From Pedobacter sp. (GTDB taxonomy: Bacteria > Bacteroidota > Bacteroidia > Sphingobacteriales > Sphingobacteriaceae): a stretch of DNA of 64,000 nt. The notes beneath the pieces are model-generated. The model was not told the origin of the DNA and did not search any database. It saw nothing but the letters and a program-made list of their open reading frames with translations. How positions within the stretch are numbered: position 1 is the first letter of the stretch; each line of letters starts with the position of its first letter. The DNA is taken from assembly GCA_004211595.1 (NCBI GenBank), contig SEDO01000008.1, positions 41,835 through 105,834 on the forward strand. Reading direction: 5' to 3'. Positions 62,010 to 64,000 of this stretch are shown one piece after another. A program made the translations under genes and the position numbers.

Positions 62010-63209
62010 TTATTGTGGTTGAGCCAATATTTTTCGGTATGCTTGAACATATTGAGCAGCCAAGGTCGAGATCTCAAAATCCTGCTTAATCAAATTGGGA
62101 GATTTTTGACTTATTTGATTTCTAATCGTCTTATTTTCAAAGGCTTGTGTGAGGCTTTCAGAAATAGCATCTACATCTAATTTACACACAAATCCTAATT
62201 CATTTTTTTCTACATAATCTGCTAAGCCCACTTGTTCACTAAGTAGTACTGGAGTGCCAACGGCAAGGGATTCTATCACTACATTGGCAAAATTTTCATT
62301 ATAGGAAGTTAAGCATAAGAGGTCATGAGCAGCAATAGTTTGATATTTTTGTTCATTGGTTTGATGCCCTAACCAGTGGACTTTTGTATATAAACCTAAT
62401 TCTTTGATCTGTGATTTTAATTGATTTATATAAATTTCTGAGCCCGTACCTGCGATACTTAAACTCCATGAAAATTCAACTTTAGCTAAGGCTTCCAATA
62501 ATAGATTTAAGCCTTTTTTTTCCTCCACCCTGGATAAAAATAAAAGTTTAAAAAGGGGTCCGTCAATTGTTGATTTTTGAGGAAGTAAGCTAGGTAACTC
62601 TACTATATTCGGAATAACGTGAATGGATTTTGGTTGACAAACTTTCGTATAATCATTAACTTCTTGTTTGCTGGTTGCCATTAAATGCACATTTTTTAAT
62701 AAATATTTACCAAATAGTTTATGTATAAATGTTTTAGCCAAACTATTTTTATTAGTTTGGGTATACGATGTTATCATACCTCTAGGAGATAATGCTATGG
62801 GAACGTTTTGCAGCTTTGCAATCAATGCACCAAAAATCACCACTAAATTCCACCAAGAATGGATATGAATGATTAACTGACCGGGATTTTGGGCTTTATC
62901 AGTTTTTATTTTCTTCCATAAGGCCCAAAGTAGAGCAGGGGAGAAATGTGTATGATCTTTGGTGAGTCTATTAAAATAGGTAACCTTCACACCATCGATA
63001 TTTTGAGCATCTCCGTTGCGGAATGCAAGCTCAGTATGGCCATTAGCCCGCGTACAAAAAACTTCAATTTCAAGGGGAGAGGTGGTTTGATTATCAGTAT
63101 TGTATTCCTGATATTGTTGCAAGCCTTCGCACAATCGGGCAACAGACATGGTTGGCCCTCCATAAATAAAGGCAGGTTTATAAGCGGGTGTTAAGTGAAG
63201 GACTTTCAA
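62010..63209 (-). CDS. Family-4 (GT-B, GT1-type) glycosyltransferase
   Basis: KVLHLTPAY...GG N-terminus and the C-terminal E(x7)E region (SYNENFANVVIESLAVGTPVL). The TTG at 63209 forms a TTGA start/stop overlap with the upstream gene, so it is preferred over the ATG at 63278. Confidence 0.8.
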   Translation of the reverse strand: MKVLHLTPAYKPAFIYGGPTMSVARLCEGLQQYQEYNTDNQTTSPLEIEVFCTRANGHTELAFRNGDAQNIDGVKVTYFNRLTKDHTHFSPALLWALWKKIKTDKAQNPGQLIIHIHSWWNLVVIFGALIAKLQNVPIALSPRGMITSYTQTNKNSLAKTFIHKLFGKYLLKNVHLMATSKQEVNDYTKVCQPKSIHVIPNIVELPSLLPQKSTIDGPLFKLLFLSRVEEKKGLNLLLEALAKVEFSWSLSIAGTGSEIYINQLKSQIKELGLYTKVHWLGHQTNEQKYQTIAAHDLLCLTSYNENFANVVIESLAVGTPVLLSEQVGLADYVEKNELGFVCKLDVDAISESLTQAFENKTIRNQISQKSPNLIKQDFEISTLAAQYVQAYRKILAQPQ

Positions 63210-64000
63210 TATTTTTGTACTATAATACCGCGGGCTTTTAAAAATTGGAATACAATCAACATCGTAATATAACTCCAAAAAACCGCATTAAACATAAATT
63301 CAAAACTATTTCCTCTCCAAAATATTTGAAATAAGCCCGCAAACATAACAGCTGAGCCTAAAAAATAACCCCCAAATAAATGTTCGGCTTTGTTAGATAT
63401 TTTTTGGGCAAAATAACCGTATAGAAACAAAGCTATAATAATTCCAATAGCGCCATAAGATAAATAGGCATCTACAACGTAGGCTGGTTTGGCAGATACA
63501 AGCATTCGGTGGTCTACAACCCCAGCAGCATATACTCTTTCCATTACTTGTCGCTCCATGTCTGGTTTACTTGGCCAAAGAACTCTGGGTATTGGTGTAT
63601 ATAAAGCTTGGTTGACTAAATCGAATTTATAATAATTTTTAAACTGTGGAGTAGAGTGTGAAAATTGAATAAACATATCCATTTCAGAAAGTCGGTGAGT
63701 TAAGAATAACCAATTTTCATTTTGTATTCGAGAATTAAATACACCACCTTCTAAAATTACATTTAAACTTTGGTCTCGGGCTTCCTCAGCTGATAAGCCA
63801 GCTCCACTTAATGATCTGAAATTCCCCACAAATGTAGGGAGTAATAGAAAAAGCATGATTAAAATGGCTCCAAATACGGGAATTACTTTTTTACCGAAAA
63901 TGGGTAATAGATAAATGCCGAGTAACAGGAAGGAAATAATTATAGGTTCTTTAAATCCACCCCCCAAAAATTCGATTAAATTGATAACAAATAAACCCGC
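63206..64000 (-). CDS. Polytopic membrane protein, putative Wzy-like polysaccharide polymerase (5' end outside the window)
   Basis: The frame stays open to the window edge. It has multiple TM helices flanking a ~110-aa hydrophilic loop, and sits in a polysaccharide locus. Confidence 0.4.
   Translation of the reverse strand, partial: AGLFVINLIEFLGGGFKEPIIISFLLLGIYLLPIFGKKVIPVFGAILIMLFLLLPTFVGNFRSLSGAGLSAEEARDQSLNVILEGGVFNSRIQNENWLFLTHRLSEMDMFIQFSHSTPQFKNYYKFDLVNQALYTPIPRVLWPSKPDMERQVMERVYAAGVVDHRMLVSAKPAYVVDAYLSYGAIGIIIALFLYGYFAQKISNKAEHLFGGYFLGSAVMFAGLFQIFWRGNSFEFMFNAVFWSYITMLIVFQFLKARGIIVQKY

Overview
This window looks like a low-GC chromosomal segment from a Bacteroidota-type genome. The lineage call rests on TAnnTTTG-type -7 promoter boxes, hemJ, a fused hemC-hemD, eukaryote-like class Ia nrdBA, an exosortase-like gene and a split atpDC. 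It is densely packed with about 64 genes, almost all housekeeping. In order they are: a TolC/membrane-fusion efflux pair, gpsA, a DeaD-type helicase, truA, an MsbA-like ABC exporter, dctA-sucD, msrB, rlpA-like, nrdB-nrdA, aguB-aguA (putrescine from agmatine), fabG, eno, an ABC-2 exporter, carA, panB, a heme cluster (hemA, hemCD, hemB, hemL, hemE, hemJ) interrupted by a two-component system, an ECF sigma/anti-sigma/OMP module, an ilvE-leuCDBA operon, an NhaP-type antiporter, atpDC, one tRNA-Arg(ACG), adk, obg, and the start of a polysaccharide locus (carbamoyltransferase, exosortase-like protein, GT2, GT4, Wzy-like). I saw no transposase, integrase, phage genes, CRISPR array, rRNA or recognisable defence genes, and I cannot point to a clear multi-gene novel system. 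The feature least explained by gene annotation is a 319-bp non-coding array at 51689-52007. It consists of 29 consecutive 11-bp units in one unbroken register, made of several different repeat families with an internal dyad organisation. It sits in the 738-bp divergent gap between atpD and an RmlD-like/orphan histidine kinase pair. Directly downstream of that kinase is an AT-rich, translationally coupled two-gene cassette: a Tat-signal protein with a glycine-zipper tail plus a small polytopic membrane protein. This is the best candidate for an uncharacterised accessory module. Secondary oddities are the two-component system inside the heme operon, a long foldable leader upstream of nrdBA, a 19-bp tandem triplication in the ECF-module promoter region, a LeuA lacking its regulatory domain, and a perfect 19+19 AT palindrome upstream of ilvE. 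All functional calls come from reading the translated ORFs and motifs by eye. No database searches were run.
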